A stretch of 64,000 nucleotides of DNA from a virus. The stretch covers positions 1 through 64,000 of IMG/VR virus record IMGVR_UViG_3300025853_000048. One strand, written 5' to 3'. Both the position numbers and the translations under genes were made by a program. Below the pieces are notes generated by a model. The model had not been told where the DNA came from, ran no database searches, and was given only the letters and a program-made list of their open reading frames with translations. Shown one piece after another: positions 1-9,746 of the stretch. Position 1 is the stretch's first letter; each line of letters begins with the position of its first letter.

Positions 1-1144
1 GGGTATTTAGTTGCGCCCCGGTAACTGTTGTATCGAGGTCTGCTAAAGCATCTCCGGGTTGCATAGCTGAGTCGGCTAGCGTTCCCTGCGCCGCTGTTGC
101 ATAAGTCGCTGACAGATCGGGTATATTCCCGGAATGTATATCTGTCGCTCCTTGGTCACTTGTCCAATCAATGTGTTCGTTAGCAACAAAATTAAGCAGC
201 GTATCATGATCAATAGACCCTTCGTCGCCGGAAAACAAAAAGGTCCCGTCGGATAGCTCAGTATTAAATTGCGCTTTGGTTCCAGTTAATCCGACGATTG
301 ATGTCTGGTCTCCAGTGTTAGTTCCCGACAGATTGCCAAGATTAGTAACATCCGCCGCGGTCACATATTTGTGTGATGTAGAAGTATCATCAATGTCATC
401 CGCATCGAGGACCACTGCGCCGGTCTGGGAGTTGACGCTCTCGACGGCATCAGTCTGGTCATGCTTGGACCAGTTCGCCGCATAAGTGGCTGTGGAGGCG
501 TTGTCTGCAATAGCGACGATTTTATCTCCAATGGCGAAGGAGACACTATCAACAGTTCCGGCTACACTGACGTAATAAAACCAACCAATTTGAGCAGATC
601 CTCCTCCGGGGAATGTGCCCGCTGAGGCATCCCATACCCCTTTGTAGAGACCGCTAAGTTCCGAAGCTCCTCCACCATCAGCAAAGGATTTCACCCATCC
701 GGCAGTCACCAGTACTGTTTCTGCCGAACTGTCACCTGCCGCGGTATTCAGTATTGTCGTGACTCGAGCATCAGTACCACCAATCCGAATCCCGGAACTG
801 TTGATTGATACCTGCTCCGATGCGCTCGCCAGTATAGTAAGACCGCTGTCAGTGGTAACAATCGAGTTGTCTCCATCAGGTGAGAACAGCCCCGCTGATC
901 CAGCGACAAGTTTGACATATCCCGACGTTCCCGCATTCGTATAGATGTAAAGTTCGTCAGTTGCGGATGTCAGCGTTTTTAGCACATTGTCAAAAGTCAG
1001 GTCACTGGTTTTTAGCAACTTCCCGGTCGTGCCGTTGAACAAAGCCACTGCATTGTCAGTTGCGCTCGCTGGCGCAATGGCATAGACCGAGTTGTTCGAT
1101 GTGGAAGAAACAAGGGGTTGTGATCGAAAATTTAAATCTGGCAT
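1..1144 (-). CDS. tail fibre-like protein, partial (runs off the window start)
   Basis: Absent from the ORF track; translated manually from ATG at 1144: MPDLNFRSQP...ATDNAVALFNGTTGKLLK...YKGVWDASAGTFP...VESVNSQTGAVVL...GTNTGDQ. These motifs are typical of phage tail fibres. Confidence 0.75.
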   Translation of the reverse strand, partial: MPDLNFRSQPLVSSTSNNSVYAIAPASATDNAVALFNGTTGKLLKTSDLTFDNVLKTLTSATDELYIYTNAGTSGYVKLVAGSAGLFSPDGDNSIVTTDSGLTILASASEQVSINSSGIRIGGTDARVTTILNTAAGDSSAETVLVTAGWVKSFADGGGASELSGLYKGVWDASAGTFPGGGSAQIGWFYYVSVAGTVDSVSFAIGDKIVAIADNASTATYAANWSKHDQTDAVESVNSQTGAVVLDADDIDDTSTSHKYVTAADVTNLGNLSGTNTGDQTSIVGLTGTKAQFNTELSDGTFLFSGDEGSIDHDTLLNFVANEHIDWTSDQGATDIHSGNIPDLSATYATAAQGTLADSAMQPGDALADLDTTVTGAQLNT

Positions 1145-1145
1145 T

Positions 1146-1376
1146 TTATTCGGGGGTTGGACAACCCAGGGGACCGACCGATATGTGGGTGTCGTGGATT
1201 TTTAAAGTAAACTGTACCCGTATCTTCAGCGGCTCCTGGGATTCATTGGAGTCGGTTATTTCGGGTTTGGTGTTGGTCTGAGTTCGAACCACTCCGGGGG
1301 TTTCGGTCTTGGTGGTGGTCGAGGTTTGCCCTCTGCCTTCATCAACCTCAATTGTTTCTATTACGCTAGTAGCCAT
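1146..1376 (-). CDS. hypothetical protein (Thr-rich)
   Basis: 76-aa ORF tightly packed in the minus-strand structural operon. Confidence 0.55.
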   Translation of the reverse strand: MATSVIETIEVDEGRGQTSTTTKTETPGVVRTQTNTKPEITDSNESQEPLKIRVQFTLKIHDTHISVGPLGCPTPE

Positions 1377-1381
1377 TATGG

Positions 1382-1714
1382 TTATTTTATTGAGGATTCT
1401 GGAACCCTGCCGTAAGTAGTAGTTGAAAGATTGCCGCCACCCTGAACAGTAGTTGTCGTTCCCGTGTCCGACCCGGTTGTTTCGGTGACGATGGTATCAA
1501 TAACCTGTGGATTGGTGGACGATGCCGAACTGGTGATAATGAAATCATTGACGCCGTTCCAGGCGATCTCCATATCAAAATTGATTTCCGTGGGCAGTTC
1601 TATCTGCCGATTGTCATCAGTCAGCAATGTTTCGCCGGCTGCTTCCAGTTGCCTGACTAAGAACACGATAGCCTCGGAGACTCGGTTGTCATCGCCATCT
1701 TCAAAAATTATCAT
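1382..1714 (-). CDS. hypothetical protein, possibly virion-associated
   Basis: 110-aa ORF packed between operon neighbours. Confidence 0.6.
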   Translation of the reverse strand: MIIFEDGDDNRVSEAIVFLVRQLEAAGETLLTDDNRQIELPTEINFDMEIAWNGVNDFIITSSASSTNPQVIDTIVTETTGSDTGTTTTVQGGGNLSTTTYGRVPESSIK

Positions 1715-1735
1715 CTATTTAGGGGGATTAAAAGG

Positions 1736-2674
1736 TTACCAACCCCACGGGGTTCCTCGACTGGTTTGGGGTTTACCTCGGTCGGGCGCTTCCTGGTCAA
1801 GAATGCCCCGGGCGTGGCTGTAGTTTTGCTCAAGTTGCTGGGCTACTGCCTTGGCTTGCGGGCGGGTCCAGTCAAACAGAGATGAGGTTAGAAGTCGTTT
1901 TTCGGCAAACGGCATGATAACCGAAAGAATTTGCTGATCACTGTAGGGCAGGTCGATCGGGAAATGATTAATCTGGGTCCAACAGATAAAATCGCTTTCC
2001 AGTTCCAGGTCAAACCGAAGTGTAGTGGTTGATTCAGGTGAGGGGCCAACTTTGAGAATAAACCACTGTTCGCTGCCCGAACTATTGCCCGTCTCCATGA
2101 TCGAGTAATGGCGAGGTTCGCCAATGTTCCAGTCATCATACCAGTGCGATGCCCGGGAAGTCCATCGTTGCGAAGTGGAATGATAGGTGCCAAGTGGCGC
2201 ATGATCGGATGGAACTCGGTACAATTGATGAGTGCAACGGTACCCATCGAACACCCATGGGTCATTAGCGATCCGGCGAATCTTGCGGTTGTTAGCCATG
2301 TTGACCGCATCATAATAAAGCGTGGCGGTCTTGGTTCCGGTTTCGCCATGGTATTCGTCCATCAACGTTGCGGTCGTGTCTACTTCGTTTAACAGGCCGT
2401 CAATCTTGATCGTGCAACCGATCTCATCAGAGGCAAACGTGTAGTCAGTTACCGTTGTGCTGCCCTTGGTTACCCCTATGGTGACCGTTTTAGGCTCAGG
2501 CAGGGTCACGCTGGCAGTGGTCCGGGTCATGTGATCGGGGCAAAGCGTGGAAAACTCCATCAAAGCGAAAGATATGGCATCGGCCACTTCTTTACCCTGG
2601 CGCATGGTTAGCGCCGACAAATCGCCCGGATCGGTTTGGCGCATCAGGCGGTCAGCTAGTTCTTTAGTGGTCAT
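1736..2674 (-). CDS. putative head-tail adaptor/tail protein
   Basis: Likely start MTTKELADRL at 2674. Layout parallels 2900..3628 (N-terminal helix pair, GEPRHY / VGPSP / LPY motifs), typical of podovirus adaptor proteins. Confidence 0.55.
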   Translation of the reverse strand: MTTKELADRLMRQTDPGDLSALTMRQGKEVADAISFALMEFSTLCPDHMTRTTASVTLPEPKTVTIGVTKGSTTVTDYTFASDEIGCTIKIDGLLNEVDTTATLMDEYHGETGTKTATLYYDAVNMANNRKIRRIANDPWVFDGYRCTHQLYRVPSDHAPLGTYHSTSQRWTSRASHWYDDWNIGEPRHYSIMETGNSSGSEQWFILKVGPSPESTTTLRFDLELESDFICWTQINHFPIDLPYSDQQILSVIMPFAEKRLLTSSLFDWTRPQAKAVAQQLEQNYSHARGILDQEAPDRGKPQTSRGTPWGW

Positions 2675-2900
2675 GTCGGTCGGAATTAATGTAGGGTTTA
2701 CCAGCGTGATCAAGGTCGCTGATCTGGGTTTGGCAATGAGCGAGCATATCCATAACAACCTGCATCTCGGTGCGTGCGTGTCGTAACTGGGTGTGCCACT
2801 CAGTTGCAGCAACCAATTCCAGGGGTTGCGTCAACGTATGGACAGCCCTTACCAGGTTGCGGGCTTCGTTGACGATCTGCCTGACGGTTTGCTGCTCCAT
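2664..2900 (-). CDS. hypothetical protein
   Basis: 78-aa helical ORF overlapping both neighbours by a few nt. Confidence 0.55.
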   Translation of the reverse strand: MEQQTVRQIVNEARNLVRAVHTLTQPLELVAATEWHTQLRHARTEMQVVMDMLAHCQTQISDLDHAGKPYINSDRHDH

Positions 2901-3628
2901 TATGAGTCACTTGGGCGGGTTGAGTTAGCGGCTGCTGCAACGGTGGGTATAGTAACGCCAGCCCTTCTTAAAGCGTTGTTGGCCGCTTCCTGGAGTTTCG
3001 GAATCATCTGCACATCAAGGAGTTTGATCCGATTGGTGGACAAAGCCAGTTGATAGGCAGCGATTGGCAACAAGGTTGATTCCACGTATTTGTGGGGAAT
3101 AGGTAATACGGGTGATGGATCCGCGCAAAACGCATCAACCTCAATCCTGGGTGCCTCCAACTCTACCCTGACTGTTAGGGTTTCATCGGTATCTGGAGTT
3201 GGGGCGACCCAAAGATTGATTTGCGTGGCTTCTGCTGCATCGTCAATACCCTCTGCCTCATCGTAATACACGATAGGGCGGGACAGGGTTGTCTTACTGC
3301 TGGCCGTCAACGCGTCAAAGCCGTGGATGTCTGACAGGTAGGTTACCGGTTGTAGCGGTACATTATCGCTGGCCATAAATGGATTAGCGAGAACGCTTTG
3401 AACGTTGTCGGGTAGGGTGTATTTATTGGTGCCGTCCAGCAGCGAGACGGAGATCGTAGACCGGGAGTAATGCAACCGGTTAGCCCTCGGGATATCCGTC
3501 CACATGATCTGGAACGCCGCATTGGTGGCGTCGGTCACTTCCGAAAAGTAGTAACTATCGTAGGTGGTCGGATCGCCGGTTACGTTCACCCTCCGTAACA
3601 GTGCTTTGAGGAAGGCTTTAATGCTCAT
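2900..3628 (-). CDS. putative head-tail adaptor protein
   Basis: Motifs GTNKYTLP, RPIVYY, WVAPTPD, LPIPHKY; position downstream of the capsid gene. Confidence 0.6.
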   Translation of the reverse strand: MSIKAFLKALLRRVNVTGDPTTYDSYYFSEVTDATNAAFQIMWTDIPRANRLHYSRSTISVSLLDGTNKYTLPDNVQSVLANPFMASDNVPLQPVTYLSDIHGFDALTASSKTTLSRPIVYYDEAEGIDDAAEATQINLWVAPTPDTDETLTVRVELEAPRIEVDAFCADPSPVLPIPHKYVESTLLPIAAYQLALSTNRIKLLDVQMIPKLQEAANNALRRAGVTIPTVAAAANSTRPSDS

Positions 3629-3674
3629 GCTTTGGGAGAAAAGGAAATTCTAATGGAGTGGAAATTGACTGGGT

Positions 3675-4337
3675 TTAGATGCTGGTTAAATCGATAGTCC
3701 GCACGATCTCTTTGCCCTGCTTGGATCGCCGCTTCCCGGATTTGGTCAACGGGTAGCACCTGGCCGATTGCTTTTCAGAGTTCAACGATTTGATTTCAAA
3801 ATCTTTGTCATTCACGGTGATCGTGTCGCCTACCTCGTAGAGTTCAGTCAGATCGGACTGTTCCTCAACTGCAGGTTCTTCAGCGGTGGTTTCCACTTCG
3901 GCAGGTGCTTCGACAACCTTTACATCAACCGGCTCCTCAACAATAACCAATTCAGGTTCAGGCTGGACTACCGGGGCAGTTGTTTCTACCGGGGCAGTGG
4001 CATTGCTCAATGACAGGAGTTCTTTTTCTACTGCCAGCATATCGGAGCTTTGAACCTCTTTTTTGACCACTTCCACTCGAGGCATTGGGTAGCTGATCAC
4101 CTTGCGGTGGAAATCCAGAAATTCCTCTACCAGGCGCTCCCATTTCTTGTTGGCTTCGCTTTTGGTGAAGGTCTTCTTGCCTCTCTGCTCCTGGAATACA
4201 TGACGACCTTTCAACGGCCCTTTATCCTGGCGAATGTATTGGTGGCAGATTACCGGGGGTTCGTATTTACCCATCTCTGGGAAAGCGATATAGAAATCGC
4301 AGTCGGAAAAGTTAGCATCATCATTTTCAGTACTCAT
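3675..4337 (-). CDS. hypothetical protein
   Basis: 220-aa ORF with a Glu/Pro/Val-rich linker, directly after the capsid gene. Confidence 0.65.
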   Translation of the reverse strand: MSTENDDANFSDCDFYIAFPEMGKYEPPVICHQYIRQDKGPLKGRHVFQEQRGKKTFTKSEANKKWERLVEEFLDFHRKVISYPMPRVEVVKKEVQSSDMLAVEKELLSLSNATAPVETTAPVVQPEPELVIVEEPVDVKVVEAPAEVETTAEEPAVEEQSDLTELYEVGDTITVNDKDFEIKSLNSEKQSARCYPLTKSGKRRSKQGKEIVRTIDLTSI

Positions 4338-4411
4338 AAGGTAGTTGTAGTAATTGGTTTGATTTTTTCAGTCCGGAAACTTCCACTCTTTTATTGAAAA
4401 TCTCCGGGCTG

Positions 4412-4438
4412 AAAAGCTCCCGCGACTTGCGCGGGAGC
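4412..4438 (-). terminator. intrinsic terminator after the major capsid gene
   Basis: 9-bp stem GCTCCCGCG/CGCGGGAGC with a 5-nt loop, followed by TTTT on the minus strand. Confidence 0.7.
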
Positions 4439-4480
4439 CGATCAGTTTTTGTCACAGGGTCTTACAAGACCAGGGGAACA

Positions 4481-5932
4481 TTAGGCCATTTCAGGATCGA
4501 GATCCAAGCCTGGAATGTTGAGTGCGTGACAAACGGAAATAAATCCCGGTTTACGGTTTCTCGCATCTTCACGGGCTTTCTGGCCGAAGATCGAAGCGAG
4601 GTAAACCTGACGCTGGAAGCCGCCTTCCTGCTCGTCAACCATGCGCTTGTGCTTGAAGGAACCGTAACCGCGAAGCGCAGCGCCGGCACCCATCATGATC
4701 GACCAACCGTAAGGCACACAATCCTTGTTAACCAGGTAGATTGCAGCGCCCTCGGGGTGAGTGCGGGTGTTCTTGTCAGCATTCCAAGTCAATCCACCGA
4801 CATCCTGTCCCGATTTGAGGGCGCTATCGATAGTCAGTGTGGTACCGTCATTACTGGTATATTTGTAAAAACCGAACTTGCCGGGATCTGTCGCAGCGTG
4901 ACCAGGGTTGACAATAGCAACGTAGTAGTACGTTCCGCCATCAGTAGCCAACGTTTCGTCAGGACTCAAACGGTAAGCATAGTTCGGGAAATACCTGAAG
5001 AATTTAGCGCGAGTGTTAGTGGATGCATCAGCATAACCACCACCTTTGATCTCGTCAGCGTCATCAGCGTCAGTGAGTGCAACACCGAGTTCAGCTTTTG
5101 GAGACAAAACCGACCCAATGGCTCCTTGGCCATCGTGGTCGATTGGCGTGTACTCCTTGACTATATTTCCTCGCACGTTTGAGTACCCACCTTTGAAGAT
5201 GTAGTTCTCATTCTTGCTGCGCTCGGAAGCGTCACGCATGTTGCGGAGGTAATCCGGGTCACGCTCAAGCGAGTTCAAGGTTTCAGTTGTGGCAACCACG
5301 CAGTATTTTTTGATGGGTTGACCATCGTCGTAATACCCGACTTGAGCCGGCTTTCCATTCATCGTCTTGAGTTTTTGAGCAAACTCAGTGATGACATTGT
5401 TGCTCATCGTGTCAGTCTTCTTCAGGGTGTCAATCGAAGAGGCAGAACCGGCGAATTGCTGGTTACTGGACTGGGTGAGCTCTCGGAAAGTAAAGAAAAG
5501 GTTGTCTGTCTTAAGGCGCCCATTCCATTTGCCCTGCTCGAGTGGGAACTTGTCCTTGAACTCATTCAAGAGTGCGGACTGCTCCTCGGAACGAAGCGTG
5601 TAGGATGCACCGTGACGGAAGAAATCGACCTTCAGTTTGTAAGTGCCATTTTTCAGCGGCTCATACGCTGCGTCGGTGAATTTCTCGTCGCCAATCACTG
5701 GTTCATAATAAAATCCAGCGGTGGTCTTAAACACGACCTCGGAACCCTTTCCGGCTCCTGGTTCTTTCTTACACCAAATGAGGGCTTCCTCTGATGTCTT
5801 CTCAAACGGACGGAAAAAGTCCGTGCTTTGTTCGCCGACCTCGCAGTCATGCTGGTAGATAATCGGCATAAAGTCAGCCGCGTTAGTCCGGAGACTGTCT
5901 GCGGTGACGGCAATATGGTTGTTTAGTGCCAT
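4481..5932 (-). CDS. major capsid protein (DUF4043/N4-gp56-like)
   Basis: Follows portal and scaffold; motifs PVIGDE, LKVDFFRHG, SLERDPDY...A..R...NYIFKG, MGAGAAL; followed by a terminator. Confidence 0.8.
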   Translation of the reverse strand: MALNNHIAVTADSLRTNAADFMPIIYQHDCEVGEQSTDFFRPFEKTSEEALIWCKKEPGAGKGSEVVFKTTAGFYYEPVIGDEKFTDAAYEPLKNGTYKLKVDFFRHGASYTLRSEEQSALLNEFKDKFPLEQGKWNGRLKTDNLFFTFRELTQSSNQQFAGSASSIDTLKKTDTMSNNVITEFAQKLKTMNGKPAQVGYYDDGQPIKKYCVVATTETLNSLERDPDYLRNMRDASERSKNENYIFKGGYSNVRGNIVKEYTPIDHDGQGAIGSVLSPKAELGVALTDADDADEIKGGGYADASTNTRAKFFRYFPNYAYRLSPDETLATDGGTYYYVAIVNPGHAATDPGKFGFYKYTSNDGTTLTIDSALKSGQDVGGLTWNADKNTRTHPEGAAIYLVNKDCVPYGWSIMMGAGAALRGYGSFKHKRMVDEQEGGFQRQVYLASIFGQKAREDARNRKPGFISVCHALNIPGLDLDPEMA

Positions 5933-6036
5933 AATATTTAGTTGTTTTTAAGTATCAATTTTTGGGTTTAATAGTGTGATCCCTGTTGATCCCTTAAAAT
6001 CAGGTTGTGCGAGGTTTTCCGGCTAAGTTCGGTTGG

Positions 6037-7482
6037 TTAAAACGAGGTGTAACCGAGCGACTCTTTGAGACGTGCCCATTCGGCTTCGTCTACGGGAAGG
6101 TTGGCTAAATCGATATTGGGAGTTGAGGGTGTTTGAGCTCCGTTGCCTGCTCCCCCAGGAGCGGGTGCGGGTGCTGCCGCCCGTTGCCCGGGCATGGTTG
6201 ACAATGGTCGTTGAGACACCGGCACGGGCTGTTTAAGCGGGCTGGCCGGTTGTTGCTGCTGAACGGGTGCTGGGTTGGTTGGTGGCGCAGTCCTTGGCTC
6301 ATTACCCAGTTGCATGGCTACCATTCCCGCTATTTTCTGCGACCGCTGCGGGTCGTTCAAAAGCGGGTCGTTGGCCATGGCTAATCCTTGCGCGACTCGA
6401 TCGAATCGCGCCCGGAATTCACTACCGTCATCATCCAGTTCAGGATAGAGCTCGAATGTTTTGGCCTCATCAGTGTTGAAAGCAATCTGCTGCTGCTGTA
6501 CGACTTCAATTTGTCGGCGGGCAGACAGGGATTTTTCCAACGCTTCTTCAGCGGCTTTCATTTTCGCATCCACCTCGTCCTCATCCTCGAAATCCCGAGT
6601 CATCCGGTTGGCTTCATTTTGAAGTCGAACCGATTCGAGTTGGAATTCGTCAGCCTTGGATGCCAACTGATCGGGACTTAAGCCGTCAAAGTCGGGGTAG
6701 GGCTGAATAGAGATTGATTCATCGTGGGCCGTGCCGTCACCGTCCGTCCCGGTTTGCACCTGGTCCGGGTCAAGTTCTGCTTTAGCCATGGCGATAAGTT
6801 CCTCCATGGGTTTGAATTCATTGCCTTCTTCATAGCGAAGTTCGAATGCTCTCGCATCGACCTCGTTGTTCGGGCGAATCCGGTACCGCTTGTTGCCTGG
6901 TTCCCTCTCCTCTTCAGGAGGTGCGGGTTCAGCAGGGGTTTCAGCCGTTTCGGTCGCTGCCTCGTTTGCTGCCGCGGATTGCTCCTGCGGTGCTGGTTCT
7001 GGCTGCTGTTGTTGGGCCTGTTGTTGCTGTTGCTGCAGGATTTCGAGCGGATGCGGTATGTTCTTTGGAGGTCCAAAGGTATTAGAAAAACGGTCGTCGA
7101 AGGCGTAAGGATCGATCCCGTTGCTTTCTGCCATAGCTTTTTCATAAGCGTCCGGTTCAGCATCAGGGGATGTTCCCTGCGGTTGAGGTTGAGTTTCAGC
7201 CGTCGTCTGGGCGACTTCGGCTGGAGTGGTAGCGGTCACCGTCGTTTCTTCAACAGGGGCAGGAGCGGGATCCGGTTCAGGAGCAGGGGCAGGAGAAGCA
7301 TCAGCGTTAGCCAATGCCTGGTCGAGCATCATTTCCAAACCAGCACGCTGGTCTTCCCATTTGTTGGACTCCATTTCCAGGCCGGAAACAGAGGACGGGT
7401 CATAGTGATCAGCAGTGAGTGAGTCACCGCCATTGTCGTTAGTTGTTGTTTGAGCAGGAGATTTATCCATGATCTTAGTCAT
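6037..7482 (-). CDS. capsid scaffolding protein
   Basis: Acidic, Pro/Ala/Gln-rich low-complexity protein with a central helical region, immediately upstream of the capsid gene; AAGGAG SD upstream. Confidence 0.7.
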   Translation of the reverse strand: MTKIMDKSPAQTTTNDNGGDSLTADHYDPSSVSGLEMESNKWEDQRAGLEMMLDQALANADASPAPAPEPDPAPAPVEETTVTATTPAEVAQTTAETQPQPQGTSPDAEPDAYEKAMAESNGIDPYAFDDRFSNTFGPPKNIPHPLEILQQQQQQAQQQQPEPAPQEQSAAANEAATETAETPAEPAPPEEEREPGNKRYRIRPNNEVDARAFELRYEEGNEFKPMEELIAMAKAELDPDQVQTGTDGDGTAHDESISIQPYPDFDGLSPDQLASKADEFQLESVRLQNEANRMTRDFEDEDEVDAKMKAAEEALEKSLSARRQIEVVQQQQIAFNTDEAKTFELYPELDDDGSEFRARFDRVAQGLAMANDPLLNDPQRSQKIAGMVAMQLGNEPRTAPPTNPAPVQQQQPASPLKQPVPVSQRPLSTMPGQRAAAPAPAPGGAGNGAQTPSTPNIDLANLPVDEAEWARLKESLGYTSF

Positions 7483-7555
7483 GGTGCATAATCTCCTTTT
7501 AAGGGATCACAACGGGACGGTCAAAGGTGGTTGAGTATGGGAGGGGTGAAGGCAC

Positions 7556-7753
7556 TCACTCCTTATTGAGGCCCTCCAACTGCTCTGAAATCCGGTCCAG
7601 GCGAGCCATCTTTTTCTTTACCGAGATGGATGATGGAATCAACCCAATCAAAAAGCCCATCACCAACCCTGACATGAAAAACAAGGCTACGAACAATTCT
7701 ATTCCGGATGTGGATTGCCGGAACTCTTCCATGAGTGTTTGTAGTGTTGTCAT
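7556..7753 (-). CDS. small membrane protein
   Basis: One hydrophobic segment (LFVALFFMSGLVMGFLIGLIP). Confidence 0.55.
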   Translation of the reverse strand: MTTLQTLMEEFRQSTSGIELFVALFFMSGLVMGFLIGLIPSSISVKKKMARLDRISEQLEGLNKE

Positions 7754-7911
7754 TTCTTAGGATCTCGAACATAGAGGCGGAACCATAACGAACACCAGAA
7801 AATGGATGCAAACAATGCAACCGAATAACAGTAGTCGTTCAGGTTAGTGAAAAACAGGAACATGGCAATACTGATATAAACCAGGCCAAAAACAATTTGA
7901 AACGTCCTCAT
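7750..7911 (-). CDS. 53-aa two-TM membrane protein (holin-like candidate)
   Basis: Manual translation MRTFQIVFGLVYISIAMFLFFTNLNDYCYSVALFASIFWCSLWFRLYVRDPKK; ATGA overlap with the next gene. Confidence 0.55.
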   Translation of the reverse strand: MRTFQIVFGLVYISIAMFLFFTNLNDYCYSVALFASIFWCSLWFRLYVRDPKK

Positions 7912-7914
7912 TTT

Positions 7915-8346
7915 TTATAACGGCGGGTAGACACAAGGTCCAAGTGAAACCGATACATCATAATCCCCGGTGAAATCAACATCATGCAGGTAATCGCCCA
8001 ACACGTAATACGGATCATCTTCAATGCCGTCATGGGTCCAGCTATCCCCGGTAAGATTGTCAAAAATCCAACTCACCCCAAGCAGCGAGGAAATATATAT
8101 CCCGTCCGGATCGTAATCAATCCAGATACAATCTGTCGGGTCGCCAGGGATCTCAAGAATCCATTGCACGGTCGGTTTGCGAACATAGGTGAGTGTTTCG
8201 CCCCCGGGATGCAGACCGGGGTCGTAGTTAGTCCATTTGATCTCCAGGCAATCCCACGGGATATCACACCCGTTGATCGGACAGGAACAGCAGTCCTCCA
8301 ACATGGTATCCCGGTCCTGGGTAGTCGCTGCCATCAGATGCTGCAA
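7915..8346 (-). CDS. hypothetical protein
   Basis: 143-aa Asp/Cys/Trp-rich ORF in the operon. Confidence 0.55.
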   Translation of the reverse strand: MQHLMAATTQDRDTMLEDCCSCPINGCDIPWDCLEIKWTNYDPGLHPGGETLTYVRKPTVQWILEIPGDPTDCIWIDYDPDGIYISSLLGVSWIFDNLTGDSWTHDGIEDDPYYVLGDYLHDVDFTGDYDVSVSLGPCVYPPL

Positions 8347-8972
8347 ACGTGACTGACGCGTATATCATCCGGCTGGCACATGATCAGGATGATCCCACCA
8401 CCAAAACTGTAATCCAAAACGCGATCGGTTATTTTTGCCCATTCGGTATGCACCGTTCCAGTTGCGGCATCCCACTCGGGAACGCCTGTATCCCACTCGG
8501 GGATTGTGTCGGTCGGTTCTGAGGCAGACAGGATAAACTCGAAATCATCCAGTTCCCAGGATGTACCCCATTCCGACTGATTGGTCGGTGAAAAAGTGAT
8601 CTTGGTATAAACCTTGGTAACGCCAGATGACGGGGCTGTATTAGATCCCGAATCCTGAACCAAAACCGGACCCGTGTAAGACGGTTTCGGTCCACCGTAA
8701 GAAACTGCTGATTCATCCTGGGTAACCGCTCCGGTACTCGCGTTAACTGAAACAGTAAACCCTGAACAAGTGGAAACCGCATCACCGGTGCCGGTCGGTT
8801 TCACCAAAACAAAACCAGTTTTTCCATCGGCAAAGGTGTGTTCCAATTCCTCAAACTGACGCAGGAATTCAAGGGTTCGGTATAAGTCTTCCTGGAATTG
8901 CCGATTGCCAAGAGTCTGGGAATCAATTCCGGTTCCGGTTTCGGGGTGATCGGGGGATGTGTTGAAGATCAT
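8334..8972 (-). CDS. hypothetical protein, possibly virion-associated
   Basis: 212-aa Ser/Thr/Gly-rich ORF in the operon. Confidence 0.6.
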   Translation of the reverse strand: MIFNTSPDHPETGTGIDSQTLGNRQFQEDLYRTLEFLRQFEELEHTFADGKTGFVLVKPTGTGDAVSTCSGFTVSVNASTGAVTQDESAVSYGGPKPSYTGPVLVQDSGSNTAPSSGVTKVYTKITFSPTNQSEWGTSWELDDFEFILSASEPTDTIPEWDTGVPEWDAATGTVHTEWAKITDRVLDYSFGGGIILIMCQPDDIRVSHVCSI

Positions 8973-8975
8973 TTT

Positions 8976-9293
8976 TTACTCCCAACTTTCTTTCGCCATC
9001 TCAGCGGATTTCTTCTGCCAAACATCCACCCGCTTTTCGCAACCATCGACATGGCCGAGAAATTTCAGGATGGCTGCTCGAACCCGGGTTTCCACCTTGT
9101 ATTCCAGTTCATCAAGTTCACCGCCAAAAATCCGGTCATTCAACCGTGCCACTTCCCATTCTAAAAACGGTCGAAACGCTTCTGTCCATGCTTCCGAAGC
9201 ACGCCACTCGTTGACGTGTTCTTGCATTTTCTCCAGGCTTTCGATCTGCTCGGCAGTGAACGAAAGCGGTTCGTTATCGATTGGTGTTGTCAT
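8976..9293 (-). CDS. hypothetical helical protein
   Basis: 105-aa ORF in the operon downstream of the portal. Confidence 0.6.
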   Translation of the reverse strand: MTTPIDNEPLSFTAEQIESLEKMQEHVNEWRASEAWTEAFRPFLEWEVARLNDRIFGGELDELEYKVETRVRAAILKFLGHVDGCEKRVDVWQKKSAEMAKESWE

Positions 9294-9300
9294 ATAATGA

Positions 9301-9513
9301 TTAATCCTCGTTGTCTTCCAGGGCTTTCTCCATGCCCGCGATCCGCTCCTTTATACGATCTCGCAAATGCTTCCTTGCCGCTGCCTCGCTGTCACCGTGA
9401 CCGATTAGCAGGGTGTTGGGAACCGATAAGCCTTCGTGATCAATCAAGCGGGATACCCAGGTGTTGGCGTGGTGGGAATATTCGGGTTGTTCTGTGGTAA
9501 TTTCAAAGCTCAT
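9301..9513 (-). CDS. hypothetical protein
   Basis: 70-aa ORF with ATG start, packed in the operon. Confidence 0.5.
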   Translation of the reverse strand: MSFEITTEQPEYSHHANTWVSRLIDHEGLSVPNTLLIGHGDSEAAARKHLRDRIKERIAGMEKALEDNED

Positions 9514-9542
9514 CTACAAGTGATTTGACAGTCCCTGATTGT

Positions 9543-9746
9543 CTAAATCTTAACCCGTTTTCGGACCAAATAAACACATTTGTTAAAATCATCCGGAATA
9601 TCAACTTTTGGCGTGATATCCCGTCCCCAGAATCCGTTTTTAACTTTCACGATGTCAGCCCATACCCTGGCTCCTTCGATTCGGATGCGGCGTCTGCCCT
9701 CAATAGCAACCCGCATCGTTGTGTTTGGGATACGGGCAGCATTCAT
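9543..9746 (-). CDS. hypothetical protein
   Basis: 67-aa ORF with ATGA overlap to the upstream ORF. Confidence 0.45.
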   Translation of the reverse strand: MNAARIPNTTMRVAIEGRRRIRIEGARVWADIVKVKNGFWGRDITPKVDIPDDFNKCVYLVRKRVKI

